Shown here: positions 25,185-47,035 of the stretch, one piece after another
How the letters are laid out: the number at the start of each line of letters is the position of its first letter
Position numbering within the stretch: position 1 is the first letter of the stretch
Origin: Macrostomum lignano
Taxonomy: Eukaryota
Direction: 5' to 3'
NCBI GenBank assembly: GCA_002269645.1
Contig: NIVC01000092.1
Span: 524,200 to 588,199 of the forward strand
Length of the DNA stretch: 64,000 nucleotides
The notes under the pieces: generated by a model
The model's database searches: none
Told to the model about the DNA's origin: nothing
The model's input: only the letters and a program-made list of their open reading frames with translations
Position numbers and translations under genes: made by a program

Positions 25185-25865
25185 AGAAACCCGCTGTAGG
25201 ACAGGTGAGGGGGTAGATACCCGATGCTGTAGGACAGGTGAGGGCGTAGATACCCGATGCTGTAGGACAGGTGAGGGGGTAGATACCCGATGCTGTAGGA
25301 CAGGTGAGGGCGTAGATACCCGATGCTGTAGGGCAGGTGAGGGCGTAGATACCCGATTCTGTAGGACAGGTGAGGGCGTAGATACCCGATGCTGTAGGAC
25401 AGGTGAGGGCGTAGATACCCAATGCTGTAGGACAGGTGAGGGGGTAGATACCCGCTATGGAAGGTCAGGAGAAGAGGGTAGAGACCCGCTGTAGAAGGAC
25501 AGGGGAAGGGGGTAGAGACCCGCTGTAGAAGGACAGGGGAAGGGGGTAGAGACCCGCTGTAGAAGGACAGGGGAAGGGGGTAGAGACCCGCTGTAGAAGG
25601 ACAGGGGAAGGGGGTAGAGACCCGCTGTAGAAGGACAGGGGAAGGGGGTAGAGACCCGCTGTAGAAGGACAGGGGAAGGGGTAGAGACCCGCTGTAGAAG
25701 GACAGGGGAAGGGGGTAGAGACCCGCTGTAGAAGGACAGGGGAAGGGGGTAGAGACCCGCTGTAGAAGGACAGGGGAAGGGGGTAGAGACCCGCTGTAGA
25801 AGGACAGGGGAAGGGGGTAGAGACCCGCTGTAGAAGGACAGGGGAAGGGGGTAGAGACCCGCTAA
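25185..25865. repeat. Purine-rich minisatellite: 33-bp units grading into 34-bp units (GTAGAGACCCGCTGTAGAAGGACAGGGGAAGGGG)
   Basis: Downstream of the alpha-catenin stop codon. Confidence 0.95.
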
Positions 25866-26768
25866 ATGACGATGGAACTGAAGCTCGCATATTGCGTAAG
25901 TTAGAATTGTAAATCTATATTTATCACATATTTCGTAGTGTACACATCAAGCGCTAAAAAAAGTATTTTAGCAAATGATTTTTAAACAGTTTTATCGTGA
26001 TTCTCGCTAATGGTTATTATTGATAAATATATTAATAAAGGCATAAAAAGCTTACTCACTACTTCTGCTTATCATATGCGTACTTTTAGTTAAACTAAAT
26101 ATTCATCAATTTTGTACAATTGGCTGTGTCCAAAAATTTTTTAACTTCATCTTTCGCGCACCAATTTCACTACAGTGCTTGCTATGAAACTTTTAATTAC
26201 GCGTGGACCAATTTTTCTATTTATTTTTTAATTGGCTTCTATTTACCAGTAGAAGCCCCGTAAACTGCTAATACGAATGATACTGGCTGTGATGATCTGT
26301 TATTCCAAGAAACAGTTAATATAAATATTATACTAAAAATATTTTTTTACTTACTATGTTAATATTAGTAGTGTATTTTAATATTTTGAATATTTATAAT
26401 TATAGAAAAACCATCGCTAAATTAGTTACTGGGCTTGTTGTGTTTCATTAGCTCGTGACCGTGATTTCAACAACTACTAATAATTGAGTTTTGAAACGAA
26501 ACAATGGAAAAAATCCATACGGCAGCGCTGAATCGCGGTTTGGTTTCACTTCTTCTCTTCCTTAAAATTAAAAAAATATATGTATTGGCTTTATATGCTG
26601 GTGCGTTAAAAAGCCCCATTACTTACTGCTTCTGGCTTTATGTTTTTTATTCCAATTGTTAGTATTCCTTTGTTTGCGAAAGCTGCTGTGGTGTATTGCA
26701 ATCGTCATTTGATATGACAGCATAGAGCGAAAAACATACATGTATTTGCAGATTTTTCGTCGCGATCT

Positions 26769-27590
26769 CTCATCTATAGATGCTTTAGAGTGCACAGCCA
26801 TACCTCATCTATAGATGCTTTAGAGTGCACAGCCATACCTCATCTATAGATGCTTTAGAGTGCACAGCTACCCTCATCTTTAGATGCTTTAGAGTGCACA
26901 GCTACCCTCATCTATAGATGCTTTAGAGTGCACAGCTACCCTCATCTTTAGATGCTTTAGAGTGCACAGCTACCCTCATCTATAGATGCTTTAGAGTGCA
27001 CAGCTACCCTCATCTATAGATGCTTTAGAGTGCACAGCTATCCCTTATCTTTAGATGCTTTAGAGTGCACAGCTATCCCTTATCTTTAGATGCTTTAGAG
27101 TACACAGCTACCCTCATCTATAGATGCTTTAGAGTGCACAGCTATCCCTTATTTTTAGATGCTTTAGAGTGCACAGCTATCCCTTATCTTTAGATGCTTT
27201 AGAGTGCACAGCCACACCTCATCTATAGATGCTTTAGAGTGCACAGCTACCCTCATCTTTAGATGCTTTAGAGTGCACAGCTACCCTCATCTATAGATGC
27301 TTTAGAGTGCACAGCTACCCTCATCTATAGATGCTTTAGAGTGCACAGCTACCCTCATCTATAGATGCTTTAGAGTGCACAGCCACACCTTATCTTTAGA
27401 TGCTTTAGAGTGCACAGCTATCCCTTATCTTTAGATGCTTTAGAGTGCACAGCTACCCTCATCTATAGATGCTTTAGAGTGCACAGCTACCCTCATCTAT
27501 AGATGCTTTAGAGTGCACAGCCACACCTTATCTTTAGATGCTTTAGAGTGCACAGCTATCCCTTATCTTTAGATTCTTTAGAGTGCAAGC
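26769..27590. repeat. Minisatellite, 34-35 bp unit (CTCATCTATAGATGCTTTAGAGTGCACAGCTACC), about 24 copies
   Basis: Between alpha-catenin and NHE8. Confidence 0.96.
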
Positions 27591-28234
27591 TGTATTCGAC
27601 TCTCGACTGAGACCGAAGGTTTGATTGTGTGCTAGAAAAATGGCTTTAGAGATTTAGCACGCGATTCGCGTCCATGAAGGGCCAACCCTAAAGGCGCAGA
27701 GAGTCTACATTGCGTGATTCTGAGAAAGGTATGACTATTTTGCCTCCTAGCTTGCTGCTGGTTGACTGTCGTCTTGTTGTTGGCCAGTTTCTAAAATTCT
27801 AAAGCTCCTGTTAACCGTGGTACGACAGCTTAAACCCCATAAGTCTACAGAACCTCTACAGTTCAGCGCTGCTCCTTTGTTTTTAGGTTTGTTTAAATCA
27901 GCATTTTTTCGCTACAGAAATTTTCATTAGGTCTGGGTTCTCCTATTCAAAGCCATTTAAAAAGCAGATCAATTAATTGCATCTATTGAATGCAACGCTT
28001 TATTTTGTAGGCAATCATCATCAATTGATTAAAGACCAGCAGTCAGTTTTCCATCCATATTCTATTCATTGTTTCGCGTGCTATTTTGATTTATTAATTC
28101 TCAATTATGATTTTGATTGCATGCATAAACAGTGACAAAATCAGGCGGACCCAGCAAATGTGTCGTCCTAATCGTCGCGTTGAAAAATAGTTGAGTCAAT
28201 CGACTGGTGCGAAATTAGTCAAATTAGCCAAATC

Positions 28235-31200
28235 ATGGTCATGTCTACGCCATCCGTGAGCGCCGCTAATCAGTCGTTGCTAGGCAACGGTAGCGGCGTC
28301 GTATCGCCCAGTCCGATTCCTCCGGGCGGCTCGGCAACCACAGCTTCGGTGAACTCAGCCTCAGAGATGGAGCACACAGTTTCAATGACGCTATTCTTTG
28401 TGCTAGCTGTGCTGGGTCTTTGTATTCTAGTGATTCACTTGCTGATTAAATTGAAGCTCACTTACCTGCCGGAGTCCATCGCTGTGGTGTTTGTTGGCGC
28501 ACTAATTGGCCTGTTATTGCAATTAATTGGCAACTGGCGCAAAGAGGAAGCATTCCCTCCTATGATTTTCTTCCTAGTGATTCTGCCGCCAATCATATTC
28601 GAGTCCGGCTACAATCTGCACAAAGGCAACTTCTTTCACAACATTGGCAGCATCCTATTGTTCGCCATATTGGGCACGGTAATCTCTGCAGCGGTAATTG
28701 GCGCCGGTGTTTACCTGGTAGGCGTTGCCGGCATCACATATCAGCTCACTTTGGTGGAAAGCTTCGCATTTGGGTCGCTAATATCGGCCGTTGATCCAGT
28801 GGCAACGCTGGCCATCTTTCAGGCTATAAAAGTGGATCCCATACTATACATGTTGGTGTTTGGCGAGAGTATTCTTAATGATGCGGTCTCCATTGTGCTT
28901 ATGACTACCGTTATACAGGTAGGAATCTGAATTTCTGAATCCTACTACTGTTTTTTTTTAAATTAAAAATTATCAACAAATTTAGTAGATGGACTAGCGC
29001 GACGTGCCCCCCGAAGGGGCACTCTGGTATACTGGGCAAGTAGATTGCGATACAGAATAGACGTTTCATTATTTTGTCTTACAGTGAAGTGAATAATCAT
29101 CATTGACCTAAAATGCCTCCTAGTCTATGTTACTATGAAACAGATTGACCGAATGGGGTTATTAATGTTTAAGTTATACCTATAATATATTGAGTAATAA
29201 TAGAGGGTTATAGCCTAGTGGTTAGAGCGTCGGACTTACGACTAAAAGGTCGGTGATTCGATTCTTGAACCACTCGGAACAATGTGTCCTTGAGCAAGAC
29301 ATTTAAATTTGTATTGCTTCAGTTAACCCAGCTGTAAAATGGGTGCCAGAATTAGCTGGAGTAATTGAGGGTGTGTGGCTGTCTAGGTCAATCTACAACC
29401 TAATGATTAGTTAATGATAAGTAGGTTATAGTTACTAAATAGGTACTATATGTTAACTTTCTCAACAAATAGGTGAAACCGGAAGACGGCGGACTTCACG
29501 CTCTTGGCTTAGCCGTGTTAAATTTCTTTAAAACATTCCTGTGCTCTGCCGGCATTGGCACAATGTTCGCCTTGGCCTCCGCACTGCTACTCAAATGGGT
29601 GGACTTGCGTAAGACTCCCTCGTTGGAGGTTGGCATTATGCTCATATTCAGCTATGCGCCCTACTGCCTGGCTGAGGGCTTGCACATGTCCGGCATCATG
29701 GCCATCTTGTTCGCTGGCATAGTCATGTCGCACTACACTCACAGGAATCTGTCTCCAGTCACTCAGATCACTGTGCAGCACACGTTTCGCACAATGGCAT
29801 TCCTAGCTGAGACACTGGTGTTCGCCTACTTGGGCTTAGCCATATTCAGCTTTAGTCATCTATTGCAGCCGTCATTGGTGATCTGGTGCATCGCGCTGTG
29901 CCTTCTCGGTCGCGCTTTTAACATCTTCCCGTTGAGCTTCTGTTTGAACTACTTTCGTCAGCACAAGATTACGCTGAAAAATCAATTGATTATGTGGTTC
30001 TCCGGTCTGCGCGGCGCTATCGCATTCGCTCTGGCTATTCATCTGGATGTGCGCGGCGAGACTAGGCAGATATTGGTCACAACCACTCTGGTCATTGTGC
30101 TGTTCACCATACTGGTGCTGGGCGGCAGCACCATGCCGCTGATGAAGTGCTTAGAGCGGCGTCCGGCCTGGATGCAGACTTATTATTATTATAACGATCC
30201 AGCAGCCGGTTCTTCCAGGTGGGTTAAAAATCTCTGATTATCTAATGACCTAATATACGTCTGTCTAATTGAAGCTGCAAACAGTTATTGTCTGAAAACG
30301 ATGGAGATGGCTTCAAAAAGGTCGTGCGGGACTTTCGTGATGGTTTTCGTAAATCTCCCTGAATTTGGACCTCCCTGAATCTCCTTTCCCTTGTGCCGAA
30401 ATTTCACTTTTACTCTTCTAGTAGTGGCTCCACGTAGATATTGGCTGATTGCACTGATTGCTCCTTTCTACTCTCTATCCCATCTACTCTCTATCCCATC
30501 TAATCTCTATCCCATCTAATATCTATCCCGTCTAATCTCTATCCCATCTAATCTCTATCCCATCTAATCTCTATCCCAGCTACTCTCTATCCCATCTAAT
30601 CTCTATCCCATCTAATCTCTATCCCATCTAATCTCTATCCCATCTAATCTCTATCCCATCTAATCTCTATCCCATCTAATCTCTATCCCCTCTCCTCTCT
30701 ATCCCATCTAATCTCTATCCCATCTAATCTCTATCCCGTCTAATCTCTATCCCGTCTAATCTCTATCCCATCTAATCTCTATCCCGTCTAATCTCTATCC
30801 CATCTAATCTCTATCCCGTCTAATCTCTATCCCATCTAATCTCTATCCCGTCTAATCTCTATCCCATCTAATCTCTATCCCGTCTAATCTCTATCCCGTC
30901 TAATCTCTATCCCATCTAATCTCTATCCCGTCTAATCTCTATCCCGTCTAATCTCTATCCCGTCTAATCTCTATCCCGTCTAATCTCTATCCCGTCTAAT
31001 CTCTATCCCATCTAATCTCTATCCCGTCTAATCTCTATCCCATCTAATCTCTATCCCATCTAATCTCTATCCCGTCTAATCTCTATCCCATCTAATCTCT
31101 ATCCCCTCTCCTCTCTCTCTATCTGTCTGCTTGAGGCAAAAGCTTGCCGACCCCTGATTCACAGTACTGCATGGTCCTACCGTTGAGTAATGCTTGCCGT

Positions 31201-33079
31201 ACTTTTAATAAATGTTCGATTTTTTTTACTTCTACGGTGGGATTTACCTACGTGGGCTTAGATTGCAGCTAATTTATTACAGCGTAGTCGCTATCGATCT
31301 ATTTTTTTAGCTCTTTTGATCTTTAAGAGATATTGAGCCTCTCAACCTGCCCCTAATCCCCTCCCCGCTTTTTAGTCTTTGATGACTGAGCGCTGAGGCG
31401 GAAAGCTCTCGATCAGCTTACAGCGAGCGTTCTGGCTGCGTTGCAAACCTGATAGTTAGTTGTCTTTAGTTCGGGTCTAGCTTAGTCAAATCAAGCTGCT
31501 TCTGTCATAGATGCTGACGTTGAGCCTTAGAGACCTTATTAAGCTTTTTTGAGAAACCTATTTTAATTTACGTCTGGAATAGCTCATAATGATGATTCCA
31601 CCGTAAAATTTAACTGGTACATTTAACTGCGCTTTATGTACATTTTCTCTCTATCAATCCCTTCAATCGCCCTCCAGTTCCCTTGAGAATCGTCCTCCAG
31701 TTCCCTGGAGAATCGCCCTCCAGATCCCTTGAGAATCGCCCTCCAGTTCCCTTGAGAATCGCCCTCCAGATCCCTTGAGAATCGCCCTCCAGTTCCCTTG
31801 AGAATCGCCCTCCAGTTCCCCTGAGAATCGCCCTCCAGTTCCCTTGAGAATCGCCCTCCAGTTCCTTTGAGAATCGCCCTTCATTTTCCTTGAGAATCGC
31901 CCACCAATTCCCTTGAGACTCGCCCTCCAGTTCCCTTGAGAATCGCCCTCCAGTTCCTTTGAGAATCGCCCTCCAGTTCCCTTGAGAATCGCCCTCCAAT
32001 TCCCCTGAGAATCGCCCTCCAGTTCCCTTGAGAATCGCCCTCCAGTTCCCCTGAGAATCGCCCTCCAGTTCCTTTGAGAATCGCCCTCCAATTCCCTTGA
32101 GAATCGCCCTCCAATTCCCTTGAGAATCGCCCTCCAGTTCCCTTGAGAATCGCCCTCCAGTTCCCCTGAGAATCGCCCTCCAGTTCCCCTGAGAATCGCC
32201 CTCCAATTCCCTTGAGAATCGCCCTCCAGTTCCCTTGAGAATCGCCCTCCAGTTCCCTTGAGAATCGCCCTCCAGTTCCTTTGAGAATCGCCCTCCAGTT
32301 CCCTTGAGAATCGCCCTCCAGTTCCTTTGAGAATCGCCCTCCAGTTGCCTTGAGAATCGCCCTCCAGTTCCCTTAAGAATCGCCCTCCAGTTCCCTTGAG
32401 AATCGCCCTCCAGTTCCTTTGAGAATCGCCCTCCAATTCCTTTGAGAATCGCCCTCCAGTTGCCTTGAGAATCGACCTCCAGTTCCCTTGACAATCGCCC
32501 TCCAGTTCCCTTGACAAACGCCCTCCAGTTCCCTTGAGAATCGCCCTCCAGTTCCCTTGACAATCGCCCTCCAGTTCCCTTAAGAATCGCCCTCCAGTTC
32601 CCTTGAGAATCGCCTAATTCCCTTGAAAATCACCCTCATTACGATCATCGCTTGTCAATCCGGTTCCTCCCAGATCGCGCCGGCGCCGCAGGCGGGCCCG
32701 CGAGAAGCAGGAAGTGACGCTGAGCAAAACCCAGATGGGCGCCGCCATGGACAGCGAGCAGTATTCGGAATTCGCCGAATCTGAAGTTGAACTCAGCGGC
32801 GGTGGCCCGGGCGTCCCAGTTGGTCCCGGCGGTCACAAGCTGCAGGGCTTCATCCGGCTTGACCTGCGCTACCTCATGCCATTCTTCACGCGCACCTTCA
32901 CGCATAAGGAGGTGACGGAGGGCCGGCAAATGATGACCACCCTGACTGACAAGTGGCGCCAGGAGGTGCGCAGCACCCCGGCCGGCGAGGGGGGCGACCC
33001 GGATGATGAGGAGGATGACGAAGACATTGACGAGGAGGCGTCTCACGCGGAGACGTCGCTCACTGCGGCTCAGCAATGA
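28235..33079 (+). CDS. SLC9A8: Sodium/hydrogen exchanger 8 (NHE8), 3 coding exons, about 611 aa
   Basis: join(28235..28918,29473..30218,32674..33079), phases 0 and 2. Motifs FFLVILPPIIFESGY, FGSLISAVDPVATLAIF, LVFGESILNDAVSIVL and WFSGLRGAIAFAL. The C-tail GFIRLDLRYLMPFFTR...MTTLTDKW is characteristic of the NHE8 clade. Confidence 0.95.
29203..29400 (+). mobile_element. tRNA-derived SINE with CORE (MIR-like) domain
   Basis: A-box TAGCCTAGTGG and B-box-like GATTCGATTC, followed by TGTGTCCTTGAGCAAGACATTTAA...CTTCAGTT...CAGCTGTAAAATGGG, which resembles the CORE-SINE consensus. Located in NHE8 intron 1; the 3' end is approximate. Confidence 0.75.
30467..31115. repeat. Intronic minisatellite, 16-bp unit (CTCTATCCC(A/G)TCTAAT)
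   Basis: NHE8 intron 2. Confidence 0.97.
31658..32635. repeat. Intronic minisatellite, 23-bp unit (GAGAATCGCCCTCCAGTTCCCTT), about 42 copies
   Basis: NHE8 intron 2. Confidence 0.97.
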
Positions 33080-33937
33080 TAGCAACAATAAAACCATTCT
33101 TTGGATATTTTGTTTGGTCCGTTTTGTGTGTGCTAAATGCCTTTATGCTCCAAAGCCTTTCCTGCAGTTCAAAGGTTCCACCTGTACTTGTCCTAATCAG
33201 CGGCCCTAAGTCGCCTAACTGATTCTGGCGTTTAAAAAACTAAATTTAAAACAGATATCTTTGTGCGCCTATTTTCATGAGATCTCGAGCAAAGATTACT
33301 ACATCCGTAGAAAGGCACGCGCATAGAGAAGGCATGTCATTAGTGCACGGCGTCCATTGAATCCGATTTTCAACTAGCAGTTGGATTTGAATCTCAACGC
33401 ATTCTGTCATTGTTTATTATAAGCTCTCCGTTTCATTTTGACAATATTTTGATAGGTCGAGGGCTTGAAACACTGGTAATAGAAAAGTGTATTGTTACAG
33501 ATCGTGATGATTGTACTGATTGTTTATGTACAATAATTTTCATATCTTGATTATTTTGGTGTACTGATTTATTCGAAGCTGTTCCCGTATTTGTTATACA
33601 TAATATATGCGTAATAAATGTATATTCGCGGCTGTATGTTCTCAATGTCTGAATCGTATTTTATTCCCAATAGTGTATCGAATTGATGTGCATCCCATGT
33701 TGTCTCTACTGGCTTATGTTTAGTGCATCTTTATTTATATGTTACACACTAATAAACTTTGTTTACAGATTTCCTCTGGGCTGGGTTTGTTGTTCAATCT
33801 GTTTGTGCCATTTAATCTCTGCTACTGCTGCTGGATGCTCTGCTATTTCATATTTTATGTAATGTTTAAATTTCCGCACCGGATTTCGCTTTCAGTTTTG
33901 TTCTTTCCCCGTGAATTTTCTTCTTGTTGACTGGCTT

Positions 33938-35580
33938 GGAATCAGCCGTGACCCTATAGACTGGGAATCAGCAATGACCCTATAGACTGGGAATCAGCAA
34001 TGACCCTATAGACTGAGAATCAGCCATGACCCTATAGACTGGGAATCAGCAATGACCCTATAGACTGGGAATCAGCAATGACCCTATAGACTGAGAATCA
34101 GCAATGACCCTATAGACTGAGAATCAGCAATGACCCTATAGACTGAGAATCAGCAATGACCCTATAGACTGAGAATCAGCAATGACCCTATAGACTGGGA
34201 ATCAGCAATGACCCTATAGACTGAGAATCAGCAATGACCCTATAGACTGGGAATCAGCAATGACCCTATAGACTGGGAATCAGCAATGACCCTATAGACT
34301 GAGAATCAGCAATGACCCTATAGACTGGGAATCAGCCATGACCCTATAGACTGGGAATCAGTGATGGCCCTATAGACTGGGAATCAGTGATGACCCTATA
34401 GACTGGGAATCAGTAGTGACCCTATAGACTGGGAATCAGCAGTGACCCTATAGACTGAGAATCAGCCATGACCCTATAGACTGGGAATCAGCAATGACCC
34501 TATAGACTGAGAATCAGCAATGACCCTATAGACTGGGAATCAGCAATGACCCTATAGACTGGGAATCAGCAATGACCCTATAGACTGAGAATCAGCAATG
34601 ACCCTATAGACTGAGAATCAGCAATGACCCTATAGACTGAGAATCAGCAATGACCCTATAGACTGAGAATCAGCAATGACCCTATAGACTGGGAATCAGC
34701 AATGACCCTATAGACTGAGAATCAGCAATGACCCTATAGACTGGGAATCAGCAATGACCCTATAGACTGGGAATCAGCAATGACCCTATAGACTGAGAAT
34801 CAGCAATGACCCTATAGACTGGGAATCAGCCATGACCCTATAGACTGGGAATCAGTGATGGCCCTATAGACTGGGAATCAGTGATGACCCTATAGACTGG
34901 GAATCAGTAGTGACCCTATAGACTGGGAATCAGCAGTGACCCTATAGACTGGGAATCAGCAGTGACCCTATAGACTGGGAATCAGCAATGACCCTATAGA
35001 CTGGGAATCAGCCATGACCCTATAGACTGGGAATCAGCCATGACCCTATAGACTGGGAATCAGCCATGACCCTATAGACTGGGAATCAGCAATGACCCTA
35101 TAGACTGGGAATCAGCCATGACCCTATAGACTGGGAATCAGCCATGACCCTATAGACTGGGAATCAGCAATGACCCTATAGACTGGGAATCAGCCATGAC
35201 CCTATAGACTGGGAATCAGCCATGACCCTATAGACTGGGAATCAGCAATGACCCTATAGACTGGTAATCAGCAATGACCCTATAGACTGGGAATCAGCCA
35301 TGACCCTATAGACTGGGAATCAGCCATGACCCTATAGACTGGGAATCAGCCATGACCCTATAGACTGGGAATCAGCAATGACCCTATAGACTGGGAATCA
35401 GCAATGACCCTATAGACTGGGAATCAGCCATGACCCTATAGACTGGGAATCAGCAGTGACCCTATAGACTGGACTGGGAATCAGCAATGACCCTCTAGAC
35501 TGGCCTAGGTAATCAGCTATGACCCCATAGACTGGCCTGGGAATCAGCCGTGACCCTATAGACTGGGAATTAGCCGTGAC
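33938..35580. repeat. Minisatellite, 26-bp unit (GACCCTATAGACTGGGAATCAGCAAT), about 60 copies
   Basis: Between NHE8 and DDX18. Confidence 0.97.
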
Positions 35581-36170
35581 CCTAGATGTGCTTGACAGGT
35601 ATCCAACGGTCTAAGGCCCAACCATTTTATCGTTGTCCTTCTTTCGCTGAGCCGTGAGTGTAGCGAGTGTCTCCATAAGCTCCAAAGACAGGCTTGCATT
35701 CCAAATCTGCAGAATAAATTGAACGAAGGTATTTAAGCACTTAAAACACACGTTTATTTTTTTTTATTAATGCCTACATATGCGAGACGCGCATCGACAT
35801 GTGAATTTATCCTGCTCTTGTGCTGTGCTTTATTTTCTCTTTTATTTGTTGTTTTGTATAATCCAATTTTTAGATTGATTCCACAGTAAATCCATTAGTA
35901 TCAAGTGCCCCTGCACCTGTGCACCTGTACCAAACTAATAGCTTTAAATAAGAGTATGGCAATTAAATTGATTAATAATCTAGCAGAGCGGGTAATCAGG
36001 GCTTCGCTACTTGAGCTGTTGTTTTGCGTCTGTCCGAGCTGTCTTAATTAAATTAACTTCTATGTTTGTCTTTGTTAAAACAATACTAAGGTCGTAGTCT
36101 ACTTTAGAATACGTAATACTTTTTTCAACCATTCTCCAGAGCCAGCCCTTGTGTTTATTGGTTTTCGAGC

Positions 36171-44560
<8,390 letters not shown>

Positions 44561-44967
44561 CTCGTCTTCTGTGCTGTTTTCTTTTTTAAGAGCGTACAAA
44601 AAATCATTTGACAATTTTGGCATTTTTCTCGGCGCGAAATTTACTGAAAATTTGATCCCGTTTCTGCGAAAGTACTTTTAATAGTGCCCGGCCCAGCGAT
44701 TGGTTGTTCTGCATTTTTGTGCTGTCCCGCAAGGCTTTGCGATTAGAAATGCGTGCCGATTGAAGGCAGGTTGGTGATTCAAATAACACCAGTTGGATGG
44801 CATCCGATGGATGGTGTCTGAAAAATAATAGTCATTTTTTCATGACGGCAAGTCACCTTCTGCTGCTTTTTTTATTTACTTTTTAGCCTAGTTTGTCATC
44901 GGTAAAGGTTAGACATTTGACTACGAGTATTTAATATTTGCTTACTATTTCTCTCTGATCACGTGAT

Positions 44968-47035
44968 GAAGAATCGCCCCCCCCCTGACCGAATTTGGTC
45001 AAGACTGACTGACAAGAACTGACAAGAATCGCCCCCCTGACCAAGGCTGACAAGAATCGCCCCCTGACCAAAGCTGACAAGAATCGCCCCCTGACCAAGG
45101 CTGACAAGAATCGCCCCCTGACCAAAGCTGACAAGAATCGCCCCCTGACCAAGGCTGACAAGAATTGCCCCCTGACCAAGGCTGACAAGAATCGCCCCCT
45201 GACCAAGGCTGACAAGAATCGCTCCCTGACCAAAACTGACAAGAATCACCCCTGACCAAAACTGACAAGAATCACCCCTGACCAAAACTGACAAGAATCG
45301 CTCCCTGACCAAAACTGACAAGAATCGCCCTCTGACCGAAGCTGACAAGAATCACCCCTGACCAAAACTGACAAGAATCGCTCCCTGACCAAAACTGACA
45401 AGAATCACCCCTGACCAAAACTGACAAGAATCACCCCTGACCAAAACTGACAAGAATCGCCCTCTGACAAAAACTGACAAGAATCGCCCTCTGACCAAAG
45501 CTGACAAGAATCGCCCTCTGACCAAAACTGACAAGAATCACCCCTGACCAAAACTGACAAAAATCACCCCTGACCAAAACTGACAAGAATCACCCCTGAC
45601 CAAAACTGACAAGAATCACCCCTGACCAAAACTGACAAGAATCACCCCTGACCAAAGCTGACAAGAATCGCCCTCTGACCAAAACTGACAAGAATCACCC
45701 CTGACCAAAACTGACAAGAATCGCCCCTGACCAAAACTGACAAAAATCACCCCTGACCAAAACTGACAAGAATCACCCCTGACCAAAACTGACAAGAATC
45801 ACCCCTGGCCAAGGCTGACAAGAATCGCCCCCTGACCAAAGCTGACAAGAATCGCCCCCTGACCAAGGCTGACAAGAATTGCCCCCTGACCAAGGCTGAC
45901 AAGAATCGCCCCCTGACCAAGGCTGACAAGAATCGCCCCCTGACCAAAACTGACAAGAATCGCTCCCTGACCAAAACTGACAAGAATCACCCCTGACCAA
46001 AACTGACAAGAATCGCTCCCTGACCAAAACTGACAAGAATCACCCCTGACCAAAACTGACAAGAATCACCCCTGACCAAAACTGACAAGAATCGCTCCCT
46101 GACCAAAACTGACAAGAATCGCCCTCTGACCGAAGCTGACAAGAATCACCCCTGACCAAAACTGACAAGAATCGCTCCCTGACCAAAACTGACAAGAATC
46201 ACCCCTGACCAAAACTGACAAGAATCACCCCTGACCAAAACTGACAAGAATCGCCCTCTGACAAAAACTGACAAGAATCGCCCTCTGACCAAAGCTGACA
46301 AGAATCGCCCTCTGACCAAAACTGACAAGAATCACCCCTGACCAAAACTGACAAGAATCGCCCCTGACCAAAACTGACAAAAATCACCCCTGACCAAAAC
46401 TGACAAGAATCGCCCCTGACCAAAACTGACAAGAATCGCCCCTGACCAAAACTGACAAGAATCACCCCTGACCAAAACTGACAAGAATCACCCCTGACCA
46501 AAACTGACGAATCACCCCTGACCAAAACTGACAAGAATCACCCCTGACCAAAACTGACAAGAATCACCCCTGACCAAAACTGACAAGAGTCGCCCCCTGA
46601 CAGGGGGCTGTAGCCCAGCGGTAGCGCAGCTGCTCTGGTGTGCCAGCGACCCAGGCTCGATTCCAAGTGCAGTCACATTAATTTGGGGCTGAATTGGAAT
46701 CTCGGCTTGGCTCTGCTCGTGCAATTAACGGCCTTGAGAGCCAACCCCCCAAGGCGCAGTGAAGTGTACATGCCTAACGATAATATAAAGTTAGGGCCGC
46801 TGTACACTCCTGTGTGAGTGTGTGCCTGCGTACGTATCCGCGCGCTTGTATGCCTGCTCAGGGGAGTCGGCGGAATGGGCAGTAATGCCTCTCGCCGGTT
46901 GTGTGCCAATGTCGCTTAAAGTGCGCCAGGGTGCACACAACCCCCCCTGCCTCTAATAAAAAAATCGACTTCTGACCAAAGCTGACAAGAATCGCCCCCC
47001 TGACCAAAACTGAAAAGAATCGCCCCTGACCCGAA
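44968..47035. repeat. Minisatellite, 25-27 bp unit (AAGAATC(A/G)CCCCTGACCAAAACTGAC), interrupted by a SINE
   Basis: Between DDX18 and NAA25; the array resumes after 46964. Confidence 0.96.
46603..46964 (+). mobile_element. tRNA-derived SINE inserted into the minisatellite
   Basis: Head GGGGCTGTAGCCCAGCGGTAG (A-box) and GGCTCGATTCC (B-box-like); unique body of about 290 bp; ends in AATAAAAAAA. No clean cloverleaf can be drawn. Confidence 0.7.

Noticed and set aside
29203-29275. Possible tRNA gene
   Set aside because: The B box is degenerate, the acceptor stem is poor, and a CORE-like domain follows directly.
46603-46675. Possible tRNA gene
   Set aside because: A and B boxes are present, but I could not draw a proper acceptor or anticodon stem, and it continues into a body with an A-rich tail, so it is called a SINE.
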